A stretch of DNA of 64,000 nt from Planctomycetota bacterium. Its GTDB lineage: Bacteria; Planctomycetota; SZUA-567; H5-PLA8. The notes below the pieces were generated by a model, which was not told the DNA's origin, searched no databases, and saw only the letters and a list, made by a program, of their open reading frames with translations. The first letter of the stretch is position 1; every line of letters begins with the position of its first letter. Where the stretch lies: NCBI GenBank assembly GCA_037129555.1, contig JBAXUS010000004.1, forward strand, positions 19,726-83,725, written 5' to 3'. Shown here piece by piece: positions 47,906-55,938 of this stretch. The translations under genes were made by a program, and so were the position numbers.

Positions 47906-48508
47906 GTGGCGATAATCGTGACCCAAGGAAAACTGATAGCCATCTGGTTCGGGATGATGGTGCTGCTGGGCGGCATTTATGGTTACATGACCTGGCGGTC
48001 GAATCAGTTAGGCGAGCCTGATCGATCCCAGATGGTGAAAGAAGATCCGAGCGTCAAGCCTGCACCCGCACCCAAGCTTGCGCTCGGAACGGTGATGCCG
48101 GTTTATACGGGCTCGTGGATCGCTCCCGACGACAAAGGGCCGGAGACGAAGGGACGAGTGGTGCTGCTTGATTTTTGGGGCACATTCTGCGCACCGTGTA
48201 TCGCGGCGATTCCCAGCAACAACACGCTGCTTGAAAAATTCTCGAAACAAGGTCTTGTTGTGTTGGGCGTATCGCAGGATTCCAAAATTGCGTTGATCGA
48301 ATTCAAAAAGAATGTGGACGTACGGTACCCCTTGCTGGCGTCGAACCCAGAGACGTTTGCGGCATTTCAAGTTGAAACCACTCCGTCGCTGTTTCTGTTT
48401 GATCGAAGCGGCAAGTTGGTGTGGAAGGGGCTGGCGATTGAACATAAAGATGGATCGATCAGTGAGCCGTTTGAGAAGGCATTGATTCAGGCGCTTGAGA
48501 CCAAGTAA
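47906..48508 (+). CDS. TlpA/ResA-like thiol-disulfide oxidoreductase (thioredoxin fold), membrane-anchored
   Basis: WGTFCAPC is a CxxC active site in an AhpC/TSA-Redoxin context (VVLLDFWGTFCAPCIAAIP). N-terminal TM helix. GTG start. Confidence 0.75.
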   Translation: MAIIVTQGKLIAIWFGMMVLLGGIYGYMTWRSNQLGEPDRSQMVKEDPSVKPAPAPKLALGTVMPVYTGSWIAPDDKGPETKGRVVLLDFWGTFCAPCIAAIPSNNTLLEKFSKQGLVVLGVSQDSKIALIEFKKNVDVRYPLLASNPETFAAFQVETTPSLFLFDRSGKLVWKGLAIEHKDGSISEPFEKALIQALETK

Positions 48509-48521
48509 CAGGAGCACGTTT

Positions 48522-49214
48522 ATGTTTTCGAACAAACCAGTTGCGTTGATTTTCGGACTTGTGTTAGTGGTTTCAGGACTGTGGCTCTCACTGGCTCCGC
48601 GCGTGCATGCTCCCAGCAACACGACGCCGCCGGGGACAACCATCCCGGCGATAACGAGTACGCCTGCAGACGATGCAAGCGCTGTGGCGTTGCCTGCTGA
48701 CTTTCAAAAGCTGATTGATCAAGCGAACGCGACGAAGAGCATGGAGCCGCAGAGTTCGGATCTGGTCGAAGAAGCTGGATTAAAGCTTGGCGATGCGCTG
48801 CCGGAACTGAAAGGCGAGTGGATGTCTCCAAACGGCAACGCGCCGGAGTTGAAGGACAAGGTGCTGCTGATCGATTTTTTCACAACGGTATGCGGAAGTT
48901 GCGTCGAGTCGATCCCGGCAAACAACGCGATGGTTACAAAATATGCGTCGCGCGGATTGGTTTTCGCGTTCGTGTCGTCCGAACCCAAAGCGCTGGTGGC
49001 CGAATTTCGAGCGGCTTTTCCGAAGAAAATCGAGTACCCGGTTTTGACGAATGCGGATGGGTTGTTTACGGTGTGCAATGTAAAGGTGATCCCGGCGACA
49101 TTTTTGTTCGGGCGCAATGGAAAACTGCTGTGGAAAGGCGGATTGTTGGAGAAGGATGGGAAAATGGATGCTGGGTTTGAGAAGGCGTTGAATGAGGCGT
49201 TGAATGGGAAGTGA
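48522..49214 (+). CDS. Second TlpA-like thioredoxin-fold protein (CGSC active site)
   Basis: VLLIDFFTTVCGSCVESIP, with a signal/TM segment ALIFGLVLVVSGLWL. The ATG at 48522 is the likely start; the track start 48495 overlaps the upstream gene. Confidence 0.7.
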   Translation: MFSNKPVALIFGLVLVVSGLWLSLAPRVHAPSNTTPPGTTIPAITSTPADDASAVALPADFQKLIDQANATKSMEPQSSDLVEEAGLKLGDALPELKGEWMSPNGNAPELKDKVLLIDFFTTVCGSCVESIPANNAMVTKYASRGLVFAFVSSEPKALVAEFRAAFPKKIEYPVLTNADGLFTVCNVKVIPATFLFGRNGKLLWKGGLLEKDGKMDAGFEKALNEALNGK

Positions 49215-49601
49215 AACAGCGAACGGCTTTTAACCGCGAATAACGCGAATTGACGCGAATCAGTTTGTTGCTTGCCACCAGCTTCAGCTGGTGGTGAGGT
49301 GAATTCACGCGACTAACAGCAGGCTTCAGCCTGCTTGCACCTGCTTTAGTTGGCTAGTGAGCCGACTGAAGCAAGATGGTGGGTCGATTCATCTTACCAA
49401 CCGTCTCCTGAAGGTCTTGTCTTTACCCACATCTTTTCACAAGAGCTGACTGTTGTTGCGTCCCCTACGGACGGCTGAAATGTACTAGCGGGTGGGATGA
49501 GTGCGCAGAGCAGGCGTGAGGGCATGGGAGACTCCGATTTACTTCGAGAAGCAGTGTACTGCTCCATAGCACGCTTGCTACTGGCGACGCGCGCGATTTT
49601 T

Positions 49602-50090
49602 TCATGGAAATTGAAAGCTGGAAATATTCGTGCGGACAAACGCAATCAATCTTTCTTCAGTGACTTCATTCGGGCAGAGTTCATAGTACTCCGAGTCGAG
49701 AGCGCTCAGTTTGTCATAGTACTGCTCTGCATCCTCATCGTTCGCCGCATTCATTTTCATTTTTTCCAAATCGATGGCCCGTTGGAGCAGTTGCGCACAT
49801 TGGGAGCAGCCGATGAATTCGAACGCGGCGACATCTTCCGACGAATGATCTTCTTCCGCAATTTGCTGGTTCCCGAAATATTGGTTGAAACCACCGTTTT
49901 TGATCTCGAAATCAAAAAAAAAGAGGCGGCGGAACATCCTTTCACAAGCAGTGATTAACGAGGATTCCGCTTTCTCCTCAACGGCTTCGTCAATGCCACT
50001 CAATACCCAGTGCACACCCTTTTCGCCACACCGTGCGAGCAATTGTTCGACAGTCTGCCCCGAGTAATATTCGGTTCCTTCACCGTTCAT
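49602..50090 (-). CDS. DUF4375 (DMP19 C-terminal-like) domain protein
   Basis: 162 aa. FFFDFEIKNGGFNQYFGN matches the DUF4375 NGGF.Q.F motif. Strong GGGAGGAAGG RBS before the ATG at 50090. Lower local GC. Confidence 0.55.
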   Translation of the reverse strand: MNGEGTEYYSGQTVEQLLARCGEKGVHWVLSGIDEAVEEKAESSLITACERMFRRLFFFDFEIKNGGFNQYFGNQQIAEEDHSSEDVAAFEFIGCSQCAQLLQRAIDLEKMKMNAANDEDAEQYYDKLSALDSEYYELCPNEVTEERLIAFVRTNISSFQFP

Positions 50091-50486
50091 CGCTATTCCT
50101 TCCTCCCTTCACACCATCACCTTTTACACCGCGTTCCACTCACTCCGCCATCTTCGTTGCCGGATCGCTCCACGGGCCCTGTCCCGCGCTGCCGATCACC
50201 GCGACTCGTAACCAGTATTTTACTACGCCATTCCCTCACTCATTCACGCTCCCAAACATGCACATGTGCACGGTGCAATGTTGACTCCGACCACTACATA
50301 TAGTGTCCCGCTCGTAAAACTCTGATAACCTCACTGCATTCTCATTAAAACACACGACTCATTCCCACACAATCACATTGTGCACCATTTTAAGTACGTG
50401 ACTCCATTTCGTGCGTTCACACGTCTTCTATACAACGTTTTCAAAACCCGTTTTTCAATCGAATTCTTGAAAATTATCGTCGCCAT

Positions 50487-52814
50487 TTATTTCTTCGGCA
50501 TCAACCGCCCCAGCGGCACCGGTTTGACGAAGGGTTTTTGGCCTCCGAAGAGATCGATCGTCGCGCCGGTGAGGGTGATTTCGCTGGGGCCTTTCCAGGC
50601 GAATTGGGTGAGGACTTGGCGGCTGCGGATGAGGCCTTTGGCGGCTGCGATGGGGTCGCCGTTATAGACTCCGCCGGTCAGGTCCAGGACCATGAGTTCA
50701 CAGAACGTGTCAGCAACGGGCGGGACTTCGCCGCTGATCGTGAAGGCGAGGGCTTGGCCGTTCGGGGAGAGTTTTGGGGCTGTGACGGGGCGGGCGATTT
50801 TGAGGATCGGAGTGGTCTGTTTGTTGGTGAGAATCGACGACGCCGTGACGCGTTTCAGGCCGATGCGACGCAGCGAATAGGTGCCGTCGCCGAGGTCCAT
50901 TCCGATGGGTTTTGTGGAGACGAAGGGCATCCAGAAGGTGTCGTATTCGGCCCACGCGTGGACGGTGTCGTCGGGTGTCGCGGCTTCGGGGGTGGCTCCG
51001 TGGTCTTTGAAATTTTTGCCTTTTACAAGCGCTGGGATGATAGCGAGTTCGGCGGCGAAAGGCGATTTGCGGACGACGGGGAGTTGGAGCAACGACGCGG
51101 CTTTGGCGGCGGATTCTTTGCGACCGTGCAGCAGCAGAGCCATCGCGCTGAGGCCTGCGGCGAGATCGGCTTGCGGAAAGTCTTCGATTTTGGCGGCTTG
51201 TTCGAAGAAATCGGCGGCTTGAAATGCGTCGCCCCATTCGAGTTCGCAGACGCCTTGTTGAAAGCGGACGCCGGCCACGCGCGCTTTGTCGGGGCAATAA
51301 TCGAGGGCTTTGCGGTAGGCGTCGAGGGCGTCGCGATGGGCACCTGTTTGGCGCGCGAGAAAGGCTTTTTTGAGGAGCGGAAGCATCCGATTGTCAGGCG
51401 CTCCAGCGGTGAGTTCGGTTATGCGTTTGAGTTGCGCGGCGACCCATTCCGGGGATGGCGACGGGAGTCCGCTGTCGGGCGGGAAGATGTAGTTGATGCC
51501 GGACGAGCCGACGGGTTCGAGCAGCCAGGATTGTTCGAAGAGATCGGCGGCTCGGTCGAAACGTTTGGCGGCGATGTACGCGGCGTAAAGCGTTTGGTTG
51601 AGTGCGTCCGCATCGGGCGGCGGGACAAGGTCTTGGGCTTTCAGCGCGAGTTCGACGGCTTTGTCGGGCTGGTTGGCTTTGACGAACGCGGTGCTGGCAG
51701 CGAGATGTTGGGCGGCGGTGACGGGAAACGAAATAGGCTTGGCAGCGTCGCCGATCGTCAGGCCAGCGGCGGAGAGCCAGGCCATGCGCGCGCCGGGGGC
51801 TTTGGCGGCTTTGGGGTCGGGCGAGATGCCGCCGATGGGTTCGTCAGCGTTTTCGTCGAGCTTGGTCCAGCGGCTTTGATTGATGTCGAGCTTGTAGGAT
51901 TCGTAGGCGATTCGTCCTGGGACTGCGCGCATGAAGGTCATGGCGGCGGTGTTGCCATCGGGTGCGACGCGGGCCATGACGGGGCTGGAGAGGCCGTCGG
52001 GAATGGGAAATTTAACGAACTTGTTTGCGCCGGGTTTGCCGCTAAGGGTCCAGACGTTTTTCAGGCCGGGACCGTAAAAGAGGAAGCGGTCGCCGGCGGG
52101 AAATGCGTGGACGATGAAGCTGGACGCTCCGGGTTCGGTCTGTGTCGCGGTGGGGAAAATGGCTTTGGCTTCGGTGGTCGCGCCGATTTCAGCGGCCATC
52201 AAAATCGGGTGGCCTTCGGCGGGTTTAGAACCGTAGATGATGATCTTGCCGTTGGGAGAAATCGCAGGGCCTGTGACGTCGCCGAGCGTTGTGAGGGCCG
52301 TGCGTTTTCCGTCGTTCGCGCTCCAGAGTTCAAGGGTGCCGGACGCTCCGGGGCTGGGGTCTTGGCCTTGCATAAGCAGAAGCAGTGGGCCGTTGTTGCC
52401 GGTGGCCAACTGCATCGCGGTGAGCCGGACGCCTCCAAGTGCGACTTCGGGCACAGCGTTGCCGAGCGTGAGGCGCATGATTTTGGTGTAGTAGCCTTTC
52501 GTGTCGCGCGCTCCGAGAAAAAAGAGCTGCGAGCTGTTGGTGGCGAAGTGTGGGAATGCGGCATTGTCGGCGAGGAATTTTGGCGCGGAGTCTTCGGAGT
52601 CGGGGGCGGTCAGGTAGATGGCGGTGTGCAGGCCGCCGGTTGAGCCGTCGCGATTTTTGGGCGGATGAGAATAAACGGTGTGTGCGATCCATTTGCCGTC
52701 ACTGGACCATGTGGGTCCCTGAATTTCCTGACAGGCCGACAGCAGCAGGAGGGCTACGAAAACGAAGGCGATGTTGAAGGGTTTCACGAGAACCTGATGC
52801 TCCTCATCGATCAT
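50487..52814 (-). CDS. Lipoprotein with TolB-like beta-propeller repeats followed by TPR-like helical region
   Basis: Lipobox ALLLLSAC. WSSDGKWIAH / SPNGKIIIYGS / APDGNTAAMTF are TolB/WD40-like blades. The C-terminal 350 aa are TPR-like. Its start lies 4 nt after the stop of the upstream pRiA4b-ORF3-like gene, so the two are likely co-transcribed. Confidence 0.6.
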   Translation of the reverse strand: MIDEEHQVLVKPFNIAFVFVALLLLSACQEIQGPTWSSDGKWIAHTVYSHPPKNRDGSTGGLHTAIYLTAPDSEDSAPKFLADNAAFPHFATNSSQLFFLGARDTKGYYTKIMRLTLGNAVPEVALGGVRLTAMQLATGNNGPLLLLMQGQDPSPGASGTLELWSANDGKRTALTTLGDVTGPAISPNGKIIIYGSKPAEGHPILMAAEIGATTEAKAIFPTATQTEPGASSFIVHAFPAGDRFLFYGPGLKNVWTLSGKPGANKFVKFPIPDGLSSPVMARVAPDGNTAAMTFMRAVPGRIAYESYKLDINQSRWTKLDENADEPIGGISPDPKAAKAPGARMAWLSAAGLTIGDAAKPISFPVTAAQHLAASTAFVKANQPDKAVELALKAQDLVPPPDADALNQTLYAAYIAAKRFDRAADLFEQSWLLEPVGSSGINYIFPPDSGLPSPSPEWVAAQLKRITELTAGAPDNRMLPLLKKAFLARQTGAHRDALDAYRKALDYCPDKARVAGVRFQQGVCELEWGDAFQAADFFEQAAKIEDFPQADLAAGLSAMALLLHGRKESAAKAASLLQLPVVRKSPFAAELAIIPALVKGKNFKDHGATPEAATPDDTVHAWAEYDTFWMPFVSTKPIGMDLGDGTYSLRRIGLKRVTASSILTNKQTTPILKIARPVTAPKLSPNGQALAFTISGEVPPVADTFCELMVLDLTGGVYNGDPIAAAKGLIRSRQVLTQFAWKGPSEITLTGATIDLFGGQKPFVKPVPLGRLMPKK

Positions 52815-52818
52815 GCGG

Positions 52819-53454
52819 TCACTTCTTTTGGAACGGCTTCAACAGTTTATTGATGCCGTCGAGATCGAATGCGTCGGGGTCGAAATCTTCCGGGATGCGT
52901 TCGATCATTTCGTCGTACTCCGGATGCTTTGGGTCGGCGATGATGTCCAACATGGCGTAATAGCCCCACAGGCCGCCGATGTCTTCTGGCGGACATTCAC
53001 CTGCCCCCGCGACCAGGATCGGGAGTTTTTTATCGGCGTCGCCGGAGAGAATTTTTTCGACGGTAATCGTGTGCAGCCAACCGTCACCCATGTCGTATTC
53101 GTAAGTGAACTTCGCTTTCTCTTTTGGAGCCACCTGGGCCAGTGAGTAATCGTCTTCGCATTCTGAATCGTCGAGCGTCTGGTCTTCAACCGACGAGCCG
53201 TAGGTCACGTCACCGATTTCGAAGAGGTGCATGTGAGAATCGGTCCAGCCCATTGCGGTTTGAAGAATGGCGTGGAGAGTGCCGAGGTCGGTCTGGCCTC
53301 GGACGAGGAGTCTGCGCCAGATCGGAGGCTTGGAGTCTTTGAGGACGATCTTGAGTTGGTAGATGCAGTCGCTGTGTTTGATCGCGCTTTTTTTGCGAGT
53401 CTTTTTGATCGGCGCTTTGAGTTCCATCCAGGCGCCTTTGATGATTTTGGCCAC
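52819..53454 (-). CDS. Plasmid pRiA4b ORF-3-like family protein
   Basis: IYQLKIVLKDSKPPIWRRLLVRGQTDLGTLHAILQTAMGWTDSHMHLF...YEYDMGDGWLHTI matches the PRiA4_ORF3 family signature (Y.[FL]K[IV].L.gs.PPIWRR..V.....L..LH..IQ.AMGW...HLH.F). Confidence 0.75.
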   Translation of the reverse strand: MAKIIKGAWMELKAPIKKTRKKSAIKHSDCIYQLKIVLKDSKPPIWRRLLVRGQTDLGTLHAILQTAMGWTDSHMHLFEIGDVTYGSSVEDQTLDDSECEDDYSLAQVAPKEKAKFTYEYDMGDGWLHTITVEKILSGDADKKLPILVAGAGECPPEDIGGLWGYYAMLDIIADPKHPEYDEMIERIPEDFDPDAFDLDGINKLLKPFQKK

Positions 53455-53539
53455 TCGAAGATTCTCCTTTGGATTTTGGATGTCGGATGCATTGAGTGTA
53501 CTCAGAATGTGACAAAAAAACGAGTGCTGGAAATGGGGA

Positions 53540-53935
53540 TTATTCGACGTTCAGCGTTGGGATCGACGCGGGATCGATGGGACGAAAGGGGCCTTCAAGC
53601 AGCGGGGCGAAGCAGGTGGCCATGGCGGCTTGTAATGCACGGACGTGGATGCCCATGTAGAAATCGGGGCAGAGTGACAGGCGTCTGGAGGATGTGTCGA
53701 AAAGACGTCGAGCAGGCGCGGGTTCGTTACGGGAATATTTGAGGAGTGCGGCGGCGCTTTGAATCAGGCCTTGCAGGAATTCGGATTGAATGCCGTCGGC
53801 TTCGAGCCAGATTTCTTCCCAAGCTTCGTGGGCCTCCCAGTAGAGGCCGCGATTGAAGAGGGATATGCCTTCGATGTAGTGCTGGCTGTCGTACCACAGA
53901 TCGGGCTGTGGCGGTGGCGTAGACACCTTAGTAGC
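53540..53935 (-). CDS. DUF309 domain protein
   Basis: GISLFNRGLYWEAHEAWEEIW...LQGLIQSAAALLKY matches DUF309 (FN.G.YWEAHE.LEE.W). The track start (54109) would overlap the porin gene by 180 nt. A GTG at ~53935, just past the porin stop, is the likelier start. Confidence 0.5.
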   Translation of the reverse strand, partial: ATKVSTPPPQPDLWYDSQHYIEGISLFNRGLYWEAHEAWEEIWLEADGIQSEFLQGLIQSAAALLKYSRNEPAPARRLFDTSSRRLSLCPDFYMGIHVRALQAAMATCFAPLLEGPFRPIDPASIPTLNVE

Positions 53936-55526
53936 TGACTTGGAAGTTAATGACGAACATGTTGCTCTGCGGCCCGCGCAAACCGCGTGAGGGTTCACGA
54001 GGTTGGTTGACGAAAAGGTAATTCGCTTGCAAACGAGCTCTGTATTGATCGATGTAGTAATTGTAGCCGAGCGTCGACGCGGTCGTTTTGAACAAGTCGG
54101 ACTTGACATCCGGACGTGTCAGGCTCTCGGTGGCTGTGTTTTCATAGCACTCGTAGCGGTAGGTAATTTCGCTATTTTTAAGCGCTTTCCCAAGGAGCTT
54201 CAACGAGAGTTTGTCGAAGTCTTTCACCCAGCGCGACTGCGCGAGTTTGTAACCGGTTGAGAAGAACCAACCGGACGCAGAGACGGGCGCGGGTGCAGAT
54301 TGGCCGAAACCGAGAAGTGTGGTGCCGTCTTTGCCTCTGAATGTTGTTTCCGAGTAGCGATCACGCCCGGAACCCCATTCGCCGCGCATCCACCAACCGA
54401 TCGTTGGACCGCCCGGTCGGTACCAAAGCCAAGCGGACTGGCGATTGATGGCGGTGACGGTGCGGTTGGTGCTGTTGATGAAATGCTGAGGGTCGAACGA
54501 ATTGCCGGACTTGCCTCGGTATCCGTCAGTACGTGCGACGCCGATTTCCAAGCGACCGGTCCATTTTTCGGCGTCCCAAATGGGTTGGCCGGCGATGCGC
54601 CAGCAGAAATCTTTGGCGTAGTTGTCGTCGCTGCGATTGCCGCCTTCGATGATTTCCGGATCGGTCAAGACCGTTCCGTTCGGACCGTTGAATGCGCCGA
54701 CCCAGTATTGCAAACGACCGGTCGAGGAGTCGCCTTTTTTGGAGTAGAACCACGTGCCGTGAGCCATGACGCCGATGTCGCGGACGTTATTGATGGCGGT
54801 GACCATACTGCGGTCCACGAAGTCAAGCAAGCCGCTGGCGCGCCATGCTTCTTCGCCCGACGGCGGCTTGAATTGGCCAATCTGGAAATCATGATGTGGG
54901 ATCAAATCATGGAACGATATGAATGCGTCTTGAAGAATCTGGGGATTGATCCCGTTACCCAACTGGCGACCGCTGCCGTCAGAAAGATGCGGATTGTTAA
55001 AAACCGCGTTGTGATTCGGATTAGCCGCGACCGGTGTGAAGGTAGTGTTGGCTTCGCGGCTGGGATCGATCATGACGAACGCGGAAATGTTGTCCGTGAG
55101 ATCCATGGCGAAACGCAATTCAGTGCGGCGGACGCGGAACGTGTCATTGTCCAAAACACCATTGGGCTCGGGCACGGGGCCAGTCACGTTTCCACCTGGC
55201 AACCCCAATCCGCCCAAATTATTGCTTGCAGTCGGAACGACAATTCCGCGCGAATCGTTTTGAATCGTCTGGTACCAGATCTGAACGAGACCGGTGATGC
55301 CGAGCGCACCGACACGCGTTTTTACAGAATCGTTCGGTCCGTATTTGTCCAGCATGTTGGTGTCCAGTTTGCTGACTGGAGCCAACGCGGGGTCATCTTG
55401 GTGTTTGATCTCTTCACGAATGCGCTCGACTTCTTTCTTCAAAGCATCCACGTCGAGTGCACCGACCTGGACCATCGACAGAAAGACAACTGCGAACACG
55501 CCCGCTCTAAGGCTTTTCAACGCCAT
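53928..55526 (-). CDS. Outer-membrane beta-barrel porin-like protein, paralog B
   Basis: Signal MALKSLRAGVFAVVFLSMVQVGA after the ATG at 55526 (AAGGAG 6 nt upstream; the track start 55625 is an extension). A coiled coil follows, then a barrel region ending ...INFQVSY. Paralogous to 45872..47533. Confidence 0.6.
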   Translation of the reverse strand: MALKSLRAGVFAVVFLSMVQVGALDVDALKKEVERIREEIKHQDDPALAPVSKLDTNMLDKYGPNDSVKTRVGALGITGLVQIWYQTIQNDSRGIVVPTASNNLGGLGLPGGNVTGPVPEPNGVLDNDTFRVRRTELRFAMDLTDNISAFVMIDPSREANTTFTPVAANPNHNAVFNNPHLSDGSGRQLGNGINPQILQDAFISFHDLIPHHDFQIGQFKPPSGEEAWRASGLLDFVDRSMVTAINNVRDIGVMAHGTWFYSKKGDSSTGRLQYWVGAFNGPNGTVLTDPEIIEGGNRSDDNYAKDFCWRIAGQPIWDAEKWTGRLEIGVARTDGYRGKSGNSFDPQHFINSTNRTVTAINRQSAWLWYRPGGPTIGWWMRGEWGSGRDRYSETTFRGKDGTTLLGFGQSAPAPVSASGWFFSTGYKLAQSRWVKDFDKLSLKLLGKALKNSEITYRYECYENTATESLTRPDVKSDLFKTTASTLGYNYYIDQYRARLQANYLFVNQPREPSRGLRGPQSNMFVINFQVSY

Positions 55527-55938
55527 CCGAAGCTCCTTAAACCCCACACCTTCACATTTGAAGTTATCGACTCTACTCATGGACAACATTCTGTCAAAGT
55601 ATTTTTTCGGACGTTTCGAAATCACTTATCATATATCGGGCCAACCTTAATGAGTGGCACGATGCTCCGTGACGTGATTCGTGTCCCGTACTCGACGCTC
55701 TGCGTCATGCCACAATTTGGAGCAACCGACTCACTATGCGAATTTCATACAATCTTAAGTACTCCCTTAGATAGCTGATTGAAGTTCAATTTGCGGAGGT
55801 GCTCTGAGAGTATTGCCCGAGGTTTGCTAGGGAGCCATTAAAAAAATGACGAAAAATTGGTGTATCGTGTTGCGTTTGCGACTCAATCGCTGTAATCTTC
55901 GTTGATTAACAACTAATAGGGCGGATTGGTATTTCCTT

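Noticed and set aside
50538-52643. 701-aa plus-strand ORF antisense to the TolB/TPR lipoprotein gene
   Set aside because: Gly/Arg/Ala-rich repetitive translation with no start context. The opposite-strand gene has a lipobox and recognisable repeats.
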